Origin: Paraspadella gotoi
Lineage: Eukaryota > Animalia > Chaetognatha
DNA length: 64,000 bases
Direction of reading: 5' to 3'
NCBI GenBank assembly: GCA_051294375.1
Contig: CM119263.1
Coordinates: 17,694,628-17,758,627 of the forward strand
Position 1 is the first letter of the stretch. Each line of letters starts with the position of its first letter. This document shows positions 34,129-48,327 of the stretch, piece by piece. The position numbers were made by a program, and so were the translations under genes. Below the pieces are notes generated by a model that had not been told where the DNA came from, did not search any database, and was given only the letters and a program-made list of their open reading frames with translations.

Positions 34129-36364
34129 AACTGAAAGTCGAAAGTGAACTGAAGAAAATGGCGAAGGGACAGACAGCATTTCATCAGTTTTACTTTTTGA
34201 AATTCCTCTTGTTTTAAAAATAAATTTGAGTATTCAATTGTTTAAGAACCGGGAAAAGGTCACAAATAAAATTCTATACAAATGCATTATTTATAATCTT
34301 TGAGTATTGAATTGCAAGCTTGTTCATAACTTTGCCGCACCATACCATACTCGGAGGAAAAGGGCCGTTTATTATTTTTGAATTAGTGTTTTTAAAAGTT
34401 TTTAATTCACTTTTCACACGTTTTTGCGTCCTAGTCGGGTAAAGTGCGGTAAAATTTATTATTTTGGTTCTTTTTTCATTTTTTTTAATTTGGCGGTATA
34501 TACTAAAATTTTGCTATTTCAATTGTTTACATTCCAGCTTTGATAGATGGGCGCAGAATGTGAGGTAAAATGCCAATTAGACCATCGACCCCTCCACTCT
34601 AGTCTGAAGCATTTTAAAAAGGCATTTCTTATGTTTTAGTCTGTGTTAACCCATTTTTATTTTTTGTGCAAAAAATAATTTGCTCACGTTATAAGTTATT
34701 ATACAAAGATTATCGGCATGGAACTTACTGTTAGTTACACGGATATTTCCGTTACTTTTTAGCTATATTAATACATAACAGAATTTTTAGTATCTGTTAT
34801 GCACTATTCTTGTGTGCGTGCCTTGCAAAGCTTTTTTTTGGGGGGGGAAATGACATTGCAAAAGTTTCATATAAGCGTTGTTTTCACCTTTTTCTGTGCT
34901 ATGCACAAAATTCGGCCTTTTGAGATTTCGCCTTTTCGACGGTTAATTTTTTGTGCTAATAAATATCGAAAACATCCGGGAGACGAAGGGGGGATAATTA
35001 CCTCCGTGAATTTTAGTTAGTGTTAAAGAAGTATGGTCGTTTGGTTATTTAGCAATTATTATGAATTTACTATTTATGTATAACCTTTTTAACCAGCAAA
35101 TTTTTAAGGAAAATTACGTTATTAAATTTTTTAAAAAAATGTTTTTCTAATTTCCAAAAAATGTTATCTTTCAATTATTTGAAGCAATTTTAAATTCATT
35201 TATGCGACTAAATAATTATTATTACAATTTTTTTTATTTTACTAAATACTTTTTAAATGTTAAATCTATCTAACAGATTTACGTAATATATTTGTATTAT
35301 TACTGGGATAGGGATGTTAATGTTTTCTTCTGGAAATTATGTTATATTAAGTTTTTTAGTTTTCGGTTAACAATAAGGGACCAAAAAGTACATTCTAACT
35401 TTAACTTTTATAATGTATCATTTAATGATATTCTTTTCGTTACAATTTTTATATTATTTTAATGACAAAAATACAACTAAGATTAGTTATTTTTAAATAT
35501 TCTTAAAAAATTTTTTATAGAAAATTAAATCCTATTTTAGTTACTCGATATTTTTAGGACGATGAGAGGATATCTTTTAAGGGCTAGTTAAAATTTTTGT
35601 GCGAAAACAAAGCAAAAGTAGGAATACTTTTCAAGGTAGTTCGAGAGAATGAATAAAATTTACTCTGGTCGAGTTGCACAGCTGAGTAATAATTCTTGCG
35701 GACAATTTGACTTTAACTGACCCAGTCACTACTGCTGCGGTCAAAATTATTTTTCTTTTGGATTATCTTGAAAAAATATACTTTCTTTTACTACAAATAC
35801 CTAACCAATAACCACAATATAAGAATGAAACTTTAAAATTGTAAAAATTAGATTTTCAACTTGAACTAAAATGTGCAATATTTATTCATTTTTAAATTTT
35901 TTGAATAGTATTACTAATTTTTTATCATAAAAAGTCGATTTTAAACTTTTACCATTTAAATTTTAATATTTTAGCTAGGTAGAAACTTAGTTGTGGCAAA
36001 TACGGTCGCATTGTGATAAACTTTTTTTTTTAAATTTAAGTAATTTCGAATTATAAGTGTACTATTAGTATCATTATTTATATTTATTCAGTTTTACTCG
36101 GGACAATTAATTTACTCTGAGTGATTCTTTAAAATGCTGAAATTTACTCGTTTCTTTAGTTTTTCGCCCCGTATATTCACAGAAATAAAATGTTCACTTT
36201 AAAAAATTTGATTCTTTTAATTATTCACTATGAATATTGGGAGTTTTTTATTTGGCTCCTTTTTTCCACCGCAGATCAGAGCCTTGCTCAGGAGAGCATC
36301 GAGATTACCCCTGTTAAGAAAAATAAACTGTTGTCTTGGGCGCGAAACTAGGAATCATAAGGCG

Positions 36365-39300
36365 ATGGACCGTGAGAACCGGGATGAAGCCAAATTAATG
36401 TGGCGGCCGCCGAAGAGCCGTCGTGTTTCCATGGCAGATTTTCGAGAGATTATCAACACCAAATTTCGGCTTCAGCTGACTAACTATCACCAACTTTATA
36501 AATGGTCTTGCGAGAATTACAGGTAGATCGGATAACTCTTATCGAAAATTATTAGTATCATCACAATTGAAATCCCTGTCTACTTAAATGGTATTATTAT
36601 GGCAACAGCCGGGTTGCCTTTGATGCTGTTGGCTTTGGGGGCTTCCTACCATCAGTGACGCGTCCACTCACTGGAGCGGTTTCCCGAGGACGGTCTCTCT
36701 TTGTCTTGTCAGACACCTCTCAGGCCTGGAGAACCTGAGTGATGTCTGTTTTGAGTCAAGAAATACGTGTACAAAGCCATCATGTGCGAAAAAGTGCAAG
36801 GAGAAATAAAAATCTACCCACGACTACTAGTCGAATAGAGCTACTCCCATAAGCTTTTCGGAAAATTTCCGTATTGCTGAAGCCGCGGAAGGCCACTCTG
36901 TACAGTAGAGTGGAGCACTCAAGAACGAAAAATTTATTTGAATGATCGAACAAGGATATTTCGATGTGAGATAGTATGTTTAACTAGTACAAAAAATATT
37001 TTGTTCATATTGTTTCGGGAACACAATAGTAAAATATAATATTTTTGTAGACATTGTATTATTTTCTCTCTTTTCGTTGTTAAGTGAGTATTAAGAAATG
37101 TTTATTGATGTGCCAATACAACGATTTTTATTATTAATAGTACATGTTTCGACTCTGCTGGTTCGAGTCTTCATCAGCTTTGAAAAAACATTAACAAAAT
37201 GCTCTACACATTGGTGGAACACCCAGTGCTACCCCAACCGCACGGTGATTCCCCCGTCCCAACTCAACGGGTCAGGCGGAGGCCTCCCAGCAGACAATGG
37301 ATGTCTGATACCTCTCCCGAACCTGTAGCAACTTGACGTGACTCTCTGAACGCCAGGCGCCGCCCAAAGCGACGGCTACAGGAGGAGGGAGAGGAGTCTG
37401 TATCTCCTGCACCGAAACAGGCAAGAACAGGCAACCGCCCACCTCACCGTCAGGTGAGAGGAGGGCCTTCGGCAGGCTTATCAGGCCAAAGAGATATTAG
37501 AGTGGCACTTGGTATTTTCCCAGGCGGGTCTTTACCTGACCCCATGATATCCCACTCTACAAGAATATCATCTCAGTCTATGACAAGCCAATGACCCGAT
37601 CACATTGTCAGCGTCCCACCTTTGTACGCCCGGGGGGGGGGCAGCTCATTTTTGAGCTCTTTCTTCTCTTATATATTTCACTAAACTATTACCTTATCTA
37701 TCCCTCACCACCTATTCCTCCATTTCAATTTTCATTATTATTTATTTAACTTTTGTTAATTCAAAATCTCAGCTTATTTCTAAGTTTTCCAAATTTATCT
37801 TTGTTGTACATTGTCAAATGTAATTATTTCTCTCTCTCTCTTTCAATTTTCACTATTTCAAAATTATCTTCTTTTTCTCTGTTCTTGCCTTTACCTATCC
37901 TCTCATCTGGCCACTGTCCTTTACTCAGCCCTTTGTTGGAAACTCTCCCTCAATCTCTCTCACTCTCTCTAACTAAATGTGTAGAGCATTTTGTTAATGT
38001 TTTTTCAAAGCTGATGAAGACTCGAACCAGCAGAGTCGAAACATGTACTATTAATAATAAAAATCGTTGTATTGGCACATCAATAAACATTTCTTAATAT
38101 ATTTGTAGTAATATTCTTATAAAATAATAAATTTTTAATATAGATTCAGATTCTTCATAAAAAATTGAATCAAAAATATAAAACATGTTATCAAAAATTC
38201 TGTCATCTTCAGCGTTTAAATCTGGAAAAAAGGTAAAAATTGATGATTTTATTATTCTCTATAGTAAAAACTTATATATGTTAAAACATTTTAGTCATTT
38301 TTTGTGATCTAAACATTAAAATATCATATAAAAATTTTATAAAAGTTTCGTACTTTTTTATAGTAAATCCAAATCTGTTCTTAAAAACTAAATAAAAATA
38401 TTGAAATTTAACGATTTTATAAGAATATTATTACATAATTGAATTTATTATACTGTTATGCTTAAAAATCTTTTAAAAGGATTTAAAATTTATTAATTAC
38501 ATGTCTATTGGCAGCAAAAAAATAAGGTTCAATCACTCAAGCTTTTCATCACTCCACCCTAGTGTACAGTTTTTCATTGGCCTGATTTAATTTTGCCGTG
38601 TAGTGCCTTTTGGGAAGAATATTACAAATACTCGGGAATAATCGCTTCTTCGCCGTTCGATCTCGTCGTTGAGGCCAATGCCTCCATCGCGCAAGTTCCC
38701 AAGTGGTTCCGAGGTTAGTTTGAGAGCAGCCTTTCAACCTAAAAATTCACCCTCCCTTCAACCATCGCTTGCCAGCTAAATTTTATTTTACATATATGTG
38801 TCTAAATTTTCCGTTCTCCCCAGCTCCCCTACTATAAACCAATAGGGGGGAAACCTCGTTACCATTTTTTCCAGTCCAAAATTCTCAGGTGCCCGCCTTA
38901 ACTACGCGGAAAATCTCTTGCGCTTTCACGACGATCGCGTGGCGCTTTACGGTGTCATCGAAGGTCGGCTCTCGACGCCGCGTCCATTCACTTTTCGGGA
39001 GACGCGGCGTCAGGTCGCGCAATACGCGGCGGCTCTGCGTCGGATGGGAGTGGTGAAGGGTGACACAGTCGCTGGTACGGGGGATAGCTGAGTGTGAGCA
39101 CTGTACATTGTACAATAGTGATGTGAAAATGATACAATTTTAGAAAATTAAAATTTAGCATATAAAACGTGAAAATAAAAACCATTAAAAATACTTTAGT
39201 AAATTTATTTTTTAATTTCATACATTAGTGGGCACCAGTGAGCTACATTTATATATAGTAATAAGTATATAATAGGCTACAATTTAAAAATATAAATTTT

Positions 39301-42300
39301 TGAATTTTAAGATTGGATTTGGATTCCTTGCAAAAAGTTAATATATGAAAATATAATTCTTTTTTAAAAATTCTTTCATTAAGTTAGTCAAAAATCTAAA
39401 AAACTATATTTAAGATGCCGATTTTTAATTTCGAGCTTAAAAATGTAGTTTTTTATAATTTTAACCTACTTAATGACATAATTTTTGAAACAGATTTATA
39501 TTTTCTTTTAACAACTTTTAACAAGGAATCTGAATCTGTTCTCAGAATTTAAAAAAAACATTTTGAAATTTTGACATTATATAAGGGGAGTACTATATAC
39601 AAAATAAGCTGACTGGGCTACTATATCTATAAAAAAAGAAAAATAACTATAGATTAGCAGATAGAGGGATGAGTATATTTCACTGGATTCCCCCATTTCT
39701 CTTCCCTATTCTCGCTCGAGACACCTTTTCTTCTTCCTCTTCCGCCTCTTTTCCTCCCTTTCCCTTCCTCCTCATCGAGCGACGACAGAAGGAGCAAAGA
39801 GAGAGATTTTAGTTCTGTCTTGGGTTCTACTTCAGCTCGCGAGCTCCCTCTCAGAGAATATACTTTTTTTGCCTATTTTTTGGACTTTTCCTTTGACTTT
39901 ACTCATAGAGAGATAGAGATGATGGACCTACCCATCAGTTAGATTAGTATTCACAAATATAATAGTTTTCAAGATATAACTGCTAAATTTTGATTCCAAA
40001 CTTTCACTTCACCCTACTGTACAATTGTTACTCGTTAGGATCTTCTTGAGGGTCTTACAATTACTGAATTAATATTTCTTCTAAATATTTAAATAGCTGG
40101 AATTAATCCCCTTGGTCCTCCAGACAGTTAAGATCCAGATTTTTATGGTTCCAAAAATATTCTTTTTTCGTTTTTTTTTATCGCCCTAGGTACTGTTTAG
40201 TAAAATACAATTTTGAAGAATCTTTCACGTCCTCTTCCTAGTCCATCTTATATACTATCTGATCTTCATTAAGTTCCTCCACCCTTCAGGTTACATTCCC
40301 AATTGTCCGGAGGCTCTATTTGCAACCTTGGCGACGGCATCGATCGGTGCTATATGGAGCTCAACGTCTCCCGATTTTGGTGTCGATGGCGTTGTTAGCC
40401 GTTTTTCCCAAATAAAGCCTAAGATCCTCTTCACTGTCAACTCCGTTGTCTACAATGGAAAGGTGCACGATCACGTTGGAAAAGTTCGCGAGGTGGTCAA
40501 GGTGAGCATAGGTGAGGTCTCACCTTTTCAATTAAATTGAACGACTGTCGCTCTAATCTTGTCCACCTCCCCGGATCGGGCGTTAGGCGTTGCCCTCTTT
40601 ACGTTATACTGTGGTTATATCTTTCGGCGACGATCGACAATTCGATCCTCCGTTGGATGCCGCCGGATCTCTCTCTCTCATTGACTTTCTCTCCTTCGCC
40701 GGCGAACCCGGCTCTGGCTACGATGATGGACATTCCGATAACGGAGTCGTCGAACCCGTTTTGGTATTTGAACAGGTACGGTAGATATAATACCGGTTAA
40801 ATGTAAGGTCTAGTAGTGGTTTCTGTTTATATTGCTGCTGCTTCCTGATCCTCACCTGTATGAAATTGGTACAACCAATATAAAATTGTGAATTCATTTA
40901 ATAAATAAGCGATGTTGTCCCGGACTGTGGACACTGGACACAGGACAGGCTATGGTGGTTTAAGGCCTCCAATACTCTTTAGAGATAATTACATAGTCTC
41001 GATTAAAAGATTTCAGAATTCTGCTATCTCACAATCTGGTTTATTTACTCCCTGAATACCTGACTTCCCTATCATTGAAGTGGTATTTGTAGTGGTATTT
41101 CAAAAAAATTAAAAGATAAATCAAAAATTTCAGTACGAGTTGGGCAAATAATGGAAGTATCATCTTCCCTTTCATCTTATCCAAAAGCTAACGCTTTACT
41201 TTTTTTACATTTCAAATATTGCAAGTTCCTGCGTAATTCTCTGCAGGTTCCCTTTGACCATCCTCTGTTCATCATGTACACTTCTGGGACTACTGGTCAT
41301 CCTAAATGCATGGTGCATTCTGTTGGCGGAACTCTTATTCAACACCTCAAAGAGCATCAGCTTCATGGAAACACCGGTGAAAACGACGTTCTTTTCTATT
41401 ACACAACGACCGGTAAGTCTCGGTTTCTCTGATTTGTTATGAATAGCAATGACCCGAATTAAATGCCTCTACGTATTCTTACTACTCTTCCTTTTTTTCT
41501 TCCAACTTTACGTTTGATTAGGTTGGATGATGTGGAACTGGATGATCACGGCAATGTCTCTCGGATGTTGTCTCGTCCTGTATGATGGGTCTCCGAGGTC
41601 TCCGTCCCCGTCTGTGTTGTTCGATCTTGTCGATAAACTTGGTGTCACCATTCTCGGTACCAGCGCTAAGTGGATATCTCATATCGAGGAGACGGTGAGA
41701 AAATTTGAAAAAAAATAGTTCATGCATTAGGATTATAAATGGTTGTTAATTTCTATAATATCCTCTTCTAAATACTATCTCGATAGGGACAGACACCGTG
41801 CACAACCCACCGGCTCACTTCTCTTCACACGATCCTTTCAACTGGATCTCCTCTTCGACCATCTTCTTATGATTTCGTGTACAAGAAAGTCAAGGCCGAT
41901 CTCCTTTTGGGTTCTATCTCCGGCGGAACGGACATCATATCGTGCTTTATGGGGCAGAATGTGGAACTTCCTGTCGTTAGAGGGGAGATACAGGTTGGTT
42001 TATTGTCATAGTATCTCATTAAGATTAAGGAGGTCGTTGTTGCAAGGTTTTTCATCCGATGATTGTGGAATTTATAAATGTATTCATAATTTTTTTTATC
42101 GACTTGGGCGAGATGTTAATTCGTTTCTGCTTCTTTTGACCGTAGTCGTCGTTGTTGCAAGTAGAAAGATTGTTGCAAGTGGAAAGATTGTTGCAAGTGG
42201 AAAGATTGTTGCAAGTGGAAAGATTGTTGCAAGTGGAAAGATTGTTGCAAGTGGAAAGATTGTTGCAAGTGGAAAGATTGTTGCAAGTGGAAAGATTGTT

Positions 42301-45300
42301 GCAAGTGTTGTTATCTGATTATCTGATTACCGCTTAATTATAGTGGGCACTAAGGCATAGTGAAAGTTACATACGAAAATTCTAAAAGTTAACATACCAT
42401 CAGTGAACATTAATTTGAAAAAAAAAAATTAATTTTATGTTTTTTAATTTTCGCAGTAGGCTATATTTATATATAGTACAATCCTTATAAAATCGAAAAA
42501 TTTCAAAATAGGCTTTTTTAAATTTTCATTGCAGATTTGAATTCCTCGTCAAAAGTTGATAAAAAAATATAAATCATTTTTAAAAATTCTTTCATTAAGT
42601 GGGTTAAAAATTAAAAAAACTATATTTAATTTAATTTAATTTAATCTAATTTTTGACCCACTTAATGAAGGAATTTTTTAAAAAGAGTTATATTTCTTTT
42701 TATCAACTTTTTATGACGAATCCAAATCTGCAAAAAAATCTTAAAAAAAACTGTTTTGAAAATTTAACATTTATTGGTTTAGTACGAGTATAAATATGGC
42801 CTACTGTATAAATTGTAAAATCAATTATAATTTTTTTTCCTAAATATTCTAAATATCAATCAGAATAATATTTTTTTTTAATATATATTTACTTTATTAT
42901 TTTATTTTACTTTACTTCATTTTACTTCACTTTAGTCTTTACTCAAGACGTCTTCTCCCTCTCCGCTAGGTCGAGGAGGGGGTTCTTTCACACTTCGTCT
43001 GGGAATGCTGACAGTGTTTAGAGAGGTCGCATTCGATCAAACTGCTCGCTTATGCGGGCTAAAAGTAAAAAGTACTTTCAATAATGTCTCTAAAAATTAA
43101 ACTTGAAAATAAGTTATTTTACTGTTTTATATTTATTATTCTTTATTTTATTTTTTTTTTTTTTTCTTCTCAAATTTGATTTTTTTAGTATAAAAATTTG
43201 TCGTCAATCCAGATTTTTCTTATGCGATTGCGACGGTCCTTATGCTTTTAAGATTTTTTTTTCATGAATTTTCTTTGATTGTAACATCTGGCGAGATCAC
43301 TATACTTTTAAGATTTTTTTTTTACCGTTTAGTCTGCTAATCTTGGAATGGCTATTCAAATCTACAATGAGCTTGGGAAAGCGGTGGAAGGGGAACGGGG
43401 TGAACTGATTTGTTCGAAACCGTTTCCCTCGATGCCCACTCTTTTTTGGGACGACGAAAACGGCGAAAAGTACAAAAAGGGTAGGTTATTGGTTGATAAT
43501 ATCAAGCTGAATCTTACCATTATGGAAAAAGAATTGTCGCGGAAACTTTTTAGTTATTTTTTAGCATTTTAAATTTAATGTAAAAATCAAAAAATAAAAT
43601 TTAGATATTAAAAAATATATTATGATTCATATGAGCTGTGTCTCATGTATGACAAAAAATAGAAGAGTACTATTCTAAATAAAATCAGTTGCCAAAGAAA
43701 ATTCTTTTTTCTTTTTTAGGTTTTATATTTTTTATATGTGCTTAATTTTTTTTATGAAATTGGTATAACCAATATAACAATTTTCCATTCATTTAATAAA
43801 TAAGCTATCTTGCCCCTGACATTAGACAGGTTTTGGTGGTATAAGGCCTCCATCACTTTTACAAGATAATGACAAAGCAGGTCCCTGCAAGCTTTCAATC
43901 AAGACTATCTCAATCATTTTTTTGAGTTTCTGGTATTTTTAAAGAAGACTGCCTTTGCTGTATCTTATATCAAATAGTTGCTGCATCATCTTCATAAGGA
44001 TAGATTTGGGGATGAATCTTAATTCATATATCAAAAAGGATACATTGATGCTGTAGATGCTCTTGTATATATTTTTTATATTGTAAAGGATCATTAAAAG
44101 TCATAAAGCTTTGGGTAACCTTTTTGTATGCAAAATTAATATTTTTTTTGTATTATTAGTACTAAGTAGTAAGTAAGTAATTAACATATCTAAAAAAAAG
44201 TGTTTTTTTTAAAAATATGTGCATTATCAAATTTTGCAGCAATAATAAAAGCTAAATATGCTTTATAAGGGATCAAACATTTTTACTGGTGGACAAGGAC
44301 TATTTCTTACAACAAATCTGATAAAATATATCATAATAAAGATTAAATATTAAAAATAATGTCAGTTCTTTACTCCATCTAAAAGTAGTTAAAAAGTTAG
44401 AGACAACCCCTCTTGGGAGTATCTGATGCATTAAATAATTTTATGCTGTTGAAAATGAATGTAAACGAACTGANNNNNNNNNNTGCACCGCGACTTATTA
44501 CGTAACAATGAATATTTTTATTCTATCCTAAGGAGGTTGTACTACACATTAAAACATAATTACTTTCAAAAAAACGTATTTGACAATAAAATTAGCATAT
44601 TTTTCCAAACCGCGACAATTTTTTTTGCATCAAGGTAGGTTTCTCTTATTAACTCTTATCTTTAATTGCGCCGCTTGTTTTCGCTTGTGCATATGTTCCA
44701 TACTTTTGTAGTCGCGTTAACATCTAAAATGGGGAGTAAATTAAGTATTTAGGAAAGTTACGGCGGCGCAACAAATTGAACTGGCTAAGATTAACTTTTT
44801 CCCCTGGCCTCCCTACGCAGCTTATTTTTCTTCGTTTCCCGGCGTTTGGGCTCATGGAGATTTTTGTGTCATGAATCCTGTCACCCGAGGCTTCGTAATG
44901 TTGGGGCGGAGCGACGGAACTTTGAACCCTAACGGAGTACGATTCGGAAGCGCAGAGATCTACAGCGTAGTAGAGAGTAAGCTCGGACTCATTTTCAATT
45001 TCATAACCATATGAAACTGACTATAGTAAAAAATAGTACTCTACCATCATATCTTTATTAGTCACGGCCACAGCTGTTAGCCTGTTACTCAATATTCCAC
45101 TTTTCGTTCTGTCCGTCTGTCGATGAATATTATGGTTATTAAGATATTAAATGAGAACGTATAAATGGTTATAAAAAGTGTTTAAAAAAAACTCGTTGAT
45201 TGTAAACAATGTGATTATTTTTTTACTAATGTCTAATCTCAAACGTAACGAAAGAAAGGTTAAGACTAGTGAATGTCCGTAACACGTCCGCAAAATATAT

Positions 45301-47050
45301 ATATGTCCAATGAGAAATTTCAGGCAATAAATAGAGCCGTGACTTAGGGTTCCGTGTGAAACTAGATCTTGTTTAAGAATATTGTCTCACACGCCAGTAA
45401 GTTAATTGTTTAGTAATGTATTCCTGGTGCTTGTTCCGATTATTACAAGGTGACGCACCGCAACCCGCCGCTAGAAAAAAATTGACATTTGCAAACCTTT
45501 GAAGATTTTTTTAATCTGAAAGATCTTTTTTGTACTGGGAGGTCCAGCTCTTTTGGGACTAAATGAAAAGATTTGTTTGGATGGGTAAATAAAAGAATAA
45601 TGATTTTAAAATTGGTACATATGTAAAGTATTGTAATACCAATATAATCTATTAAAAAATTAATCTTTGGCAACAATGACCTTCTCTAATTGTTCAAAGA
45701 AGGTGGCATATGTTTTTTTGACTACGCCCATTAGAAAAGCTGCCATTCTTACTACTATTGCCGCTGTCAGAAAGTTTTTGAGGGGATGCGTGGGACATTC
45801 TGCTTCTCTATTCTATATTTTTTATTAATCCGGGGGATTGCAGTCAGAAGAACTGCGTGGTCAGAAGTCATCAGCCATAATTTAAAATTTTGCCCAATTT
45901 TTAAAAAAATTTTCTAAGGAACCGGCGCAAAAAAATATGATATGTTATGCAAAAATCATTAAATACAGGAGTTGCCTAAACATTTTTCAGACAATTTAGA
46001 TATTGATTGAAAGAAATTTAACAGTTATTTTAGTTTTGATTACCTTTATTGATTTCTAGCTAAATAGGTTAATTTTTATATTATAGTATTTTTAATAATA
46101 CCATTCTTTTCATATCATTGCCAAGTTAAATCATAAGAAATCATTATAAAATTAAAATATATGATTTTAGTTTTTATTACAAAAAAAATCTTTAAAGGTT
46201 TGCAAATGACGATTTTTTTTCTAGCGGCGGGTTGTGGAGTGTCACCTTGTACATAGAATGGAGTGAGAGGGATAGTGGTTAAGGCATATTTTAGTACATT
46301 ATCGCTTATGTAAATCGTAGGAATTTGGATATTGGATAACTAACTAGGCTCAAAAACGTTTTTTTCAGGATTAGATGGCATCGATGACAGTGTTTGTGTT
46401 GCTCAGAGAAACAAGGAAGGTGACGAGAGGATCATTTTGTTCCTCAAGTTAAAAGTTGGAACACAATTTGACAAGGTATGCACTTGTAAAAAGAAAATTA
46501 TGTATTAAAATTTTTTTTTTCTAGGAGATAGATTAACGCCGCCGGGATTGAACCTGTAACTCTCGGACGGTTGGGATGGTGCGTTAGCCCGCTTAAAAGA
46601 CATTGAGACTTGGTTGAATGCAGTCGGTGGGAGGCGGCATTTTAAAGCTTTAGCGCTAAACCAAGACCAGAAAAAGCGTAATAATGTATGCTGAATTTTG
46701 TTGGTTAGGATCTCGTCTCCAAAGTAAAGTCGCGCATCCGTTCCAGCCTTTCTTCACGCCACGTTCCTGCCGTCGTGCTTTCCACTCCTGACATTCCCTA
46801 CACTATTTCCGGAAAGAAAGTAGAGATCGCCGTCAAGAGGATAATCGCTGGTGTGGGCGTGTGTTGATTATGAAGTTTTACAATTCGCCCCGAAGAAGAT
46901 TACAGCCGGTGTGGACGAGAGATGTCGATTATTTAATTTCATTGGAATATTTATTATTTTATAGGTGAAAACGTGAAAGATCGCGGGGCCTACTCAAATC
47001 CTGATTCTTTGGATTTTTACCGGGACATCAAAGAATTGCAAGAATGGTGA
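36365..47050 (+). CDS. AACS: Acetoacetyl-CoA synthetase (acetoacetate-CoA ligase)
   Basis: Exons: 36365-36522, 38604-38713, 38889-39074, 40290-40501, 40587-40775, 41247-41412, 41522-41694, 41787-41993, 43333-43480, 44821-44976, 46369-46475, 46709-46850, 46965-47050. Motifs: [36 protein letters not shown] (AMP-binding), [52 protein letters not shown]. An in-frame upstream ATG exists at 36230. Confidence 0.93.
36903..38564. mobile_element. Tc1/mariner-like MITE (interrupted by a PLE fragment)
   Basis: TA-flanked imperfect TIRs CAGTAGAGTGGAG / CTCCACCCTAGTG. Colinear with 13254-13884 once 37052-38099 is removed. Confidence 0.65.
37052..38099 (+). mobile_element. Truncated PLE 3' end with inverted pLTR and two hammerheads, inserted in a MITE in AACS intron 1
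   Basis: Inverted repeats 37089-37212 and 37976-38099. Hammerheads CTGATGAAGACTC..GAGTCGAAACATGTA at 38008-38050 (+) and 37138-37180 (-). Inverted tail CTCTTTTCGTTGT. The internal part resembles the 3' end of the 8288-11023 element. Confidence 0.82.
39113..40019. mobile_element. MITE-like repeat
   Basis: TA-flanked with weak TIRs. A shorter homologous copy lies at ~27305-27740. Confidence 0.5.
42154..42307 (+). repeat. 18-bp tandem repeat (GTTGCAAGTGGAAAGATT) x ~8.5
   Basis: Near-perfect head-to-tail units, intronic, within a family B HINE 5' end. Confidence 0.9.
44474..44483. other. Assembly gap (10 N) in an AACS intron
   Basis: Run of n. The flanking AACS exons join in frame, so no coding exon appears to be lost. 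Confidence 0.95.
45446..46249. mobile_element. Tc1/mariner-like MITE
   Basis: ~65-bp TIRs CAAGGTGACGCACCGCAACCCGCCGCTAGAAAAAAA.. / ..TTTTTTTCTAGCGGCGGGTTGTGGAGTGTCACCTTG, TA on both sides. Confidence 0.8.
46537..46595 (-). mobile_element. tRNA-like SINE head remnant
   Basis: Minus strand AGCGGGCTAACGCACC...CAGGTTCAATCCCGGCGGCG. B-box present, no complete cloverleaf. Confidence 0.4.
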
Positions 47051-47273
47051 ATTAGTGTGCTTAGCTCATACAATTAATTTTTTCATCATCCATAAGCGAA
47101 AAAAAAACTGGCGGTATATTTCCCGTTAGATTAATATAGATTTTACTGTAGGATTATAATCTTACTGCAACTTATTACTAGTCAATCTTTTATACGGTCT
47201 GAGAGGACTGGAGATTTAAATTGCAGTTTTAAATTTTTATCTGACCACTATCTCTTACTCAATTCTTTGTTGG

Positions 47274-47316
<43 letters not shown>

Positions 47317-48327
47317 AAACTAATGTTTGTGAAAATAAAAAGTTATTGATTCACTTGCTGATGAAGTCTCGCAACACTTGTTGTTATAACGAAATTTTCG
47401 TTTTTTCTCTAAATTTTCAAAAACTAAAAATTCGACATCAAAATTAAGGAAAAAAAATTATCGCATTATCATTTTATAATTATCTTTAGCTGATTTATCT
47501 AATCTCTCTTTCTATAATTTCGTCTTCCATATAATTTTACCTCGCACTGTTTTTTTCGGTGTAGCTGTTGCTTTCAAATTTTCCATAATCATGAATTTCT
47601 AGGAGAGATTTGGCTTTGCTTGTTTTCTAAATATTAAATATAATTGCTTGACGCACTTAATTTAGAACTTTCTTTGACTTTAGTAGTGAAATTATTACTA
47701 TTTACTGCTCCTAAAAATATTATAGGAATCCTGTTAATCTTATTGTTAATTTTATATATTATAGAAAGCGATTTTTATAAATTCTGAAGACTGTTACGTT
47801 TTTTGTTCTCTGGTAAACGCCGTTGTTTGATAAATATAAAGATCATAAGTTTATTAATAATATTGAATCATAGAAATAATATTTTTTGGTGTGTTAACTA
47901 TTTGTAAAAACATTTTTTTTATATAGTCCTATTATGTTCCGTTACAAATTACTAATATTTTCGAAATATGGTAGAAATTTGGTAGAATTAAAAAAATTTA
48001 CGTGATATTTTAAATGTACTTATATTATTAAAAATATATATTACAAAAAATGCCCTTTATTAGTATTTGTATTTTAGAGGCAGAACCATAAAACGAATTA
48101 TCAGAATTTTGATGCGTATTTATGTTTCGTGTTTGATCTGTTTTCAAATAAGGCTTTCTTTTCGTTATTTATTAAAGGACGGAAAAAAATCGAAACTTAA
48201 GTTTTGTGATTCCAAAGAAACAGTGGACTGAACTCTGTCCCGTTTCACCTTATCACGTTCGATCTTCCCCCATTTCAAGCACGCTTTTTTTCCTAAACTA
48301 TTCACAAGCCCGTTCTGGATTTATGAG

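Noticed and set aside
42154-42307. CRISPR-like or coding repeat (VASGKI)n
   Set aside because: Identical head-to-tail units with no spacers, intronic, eukaryotic context.
46537-46595. tRNA gene
   Set aside because: B-box only, no complete cloverleaf; better explained as a SINE remnant.
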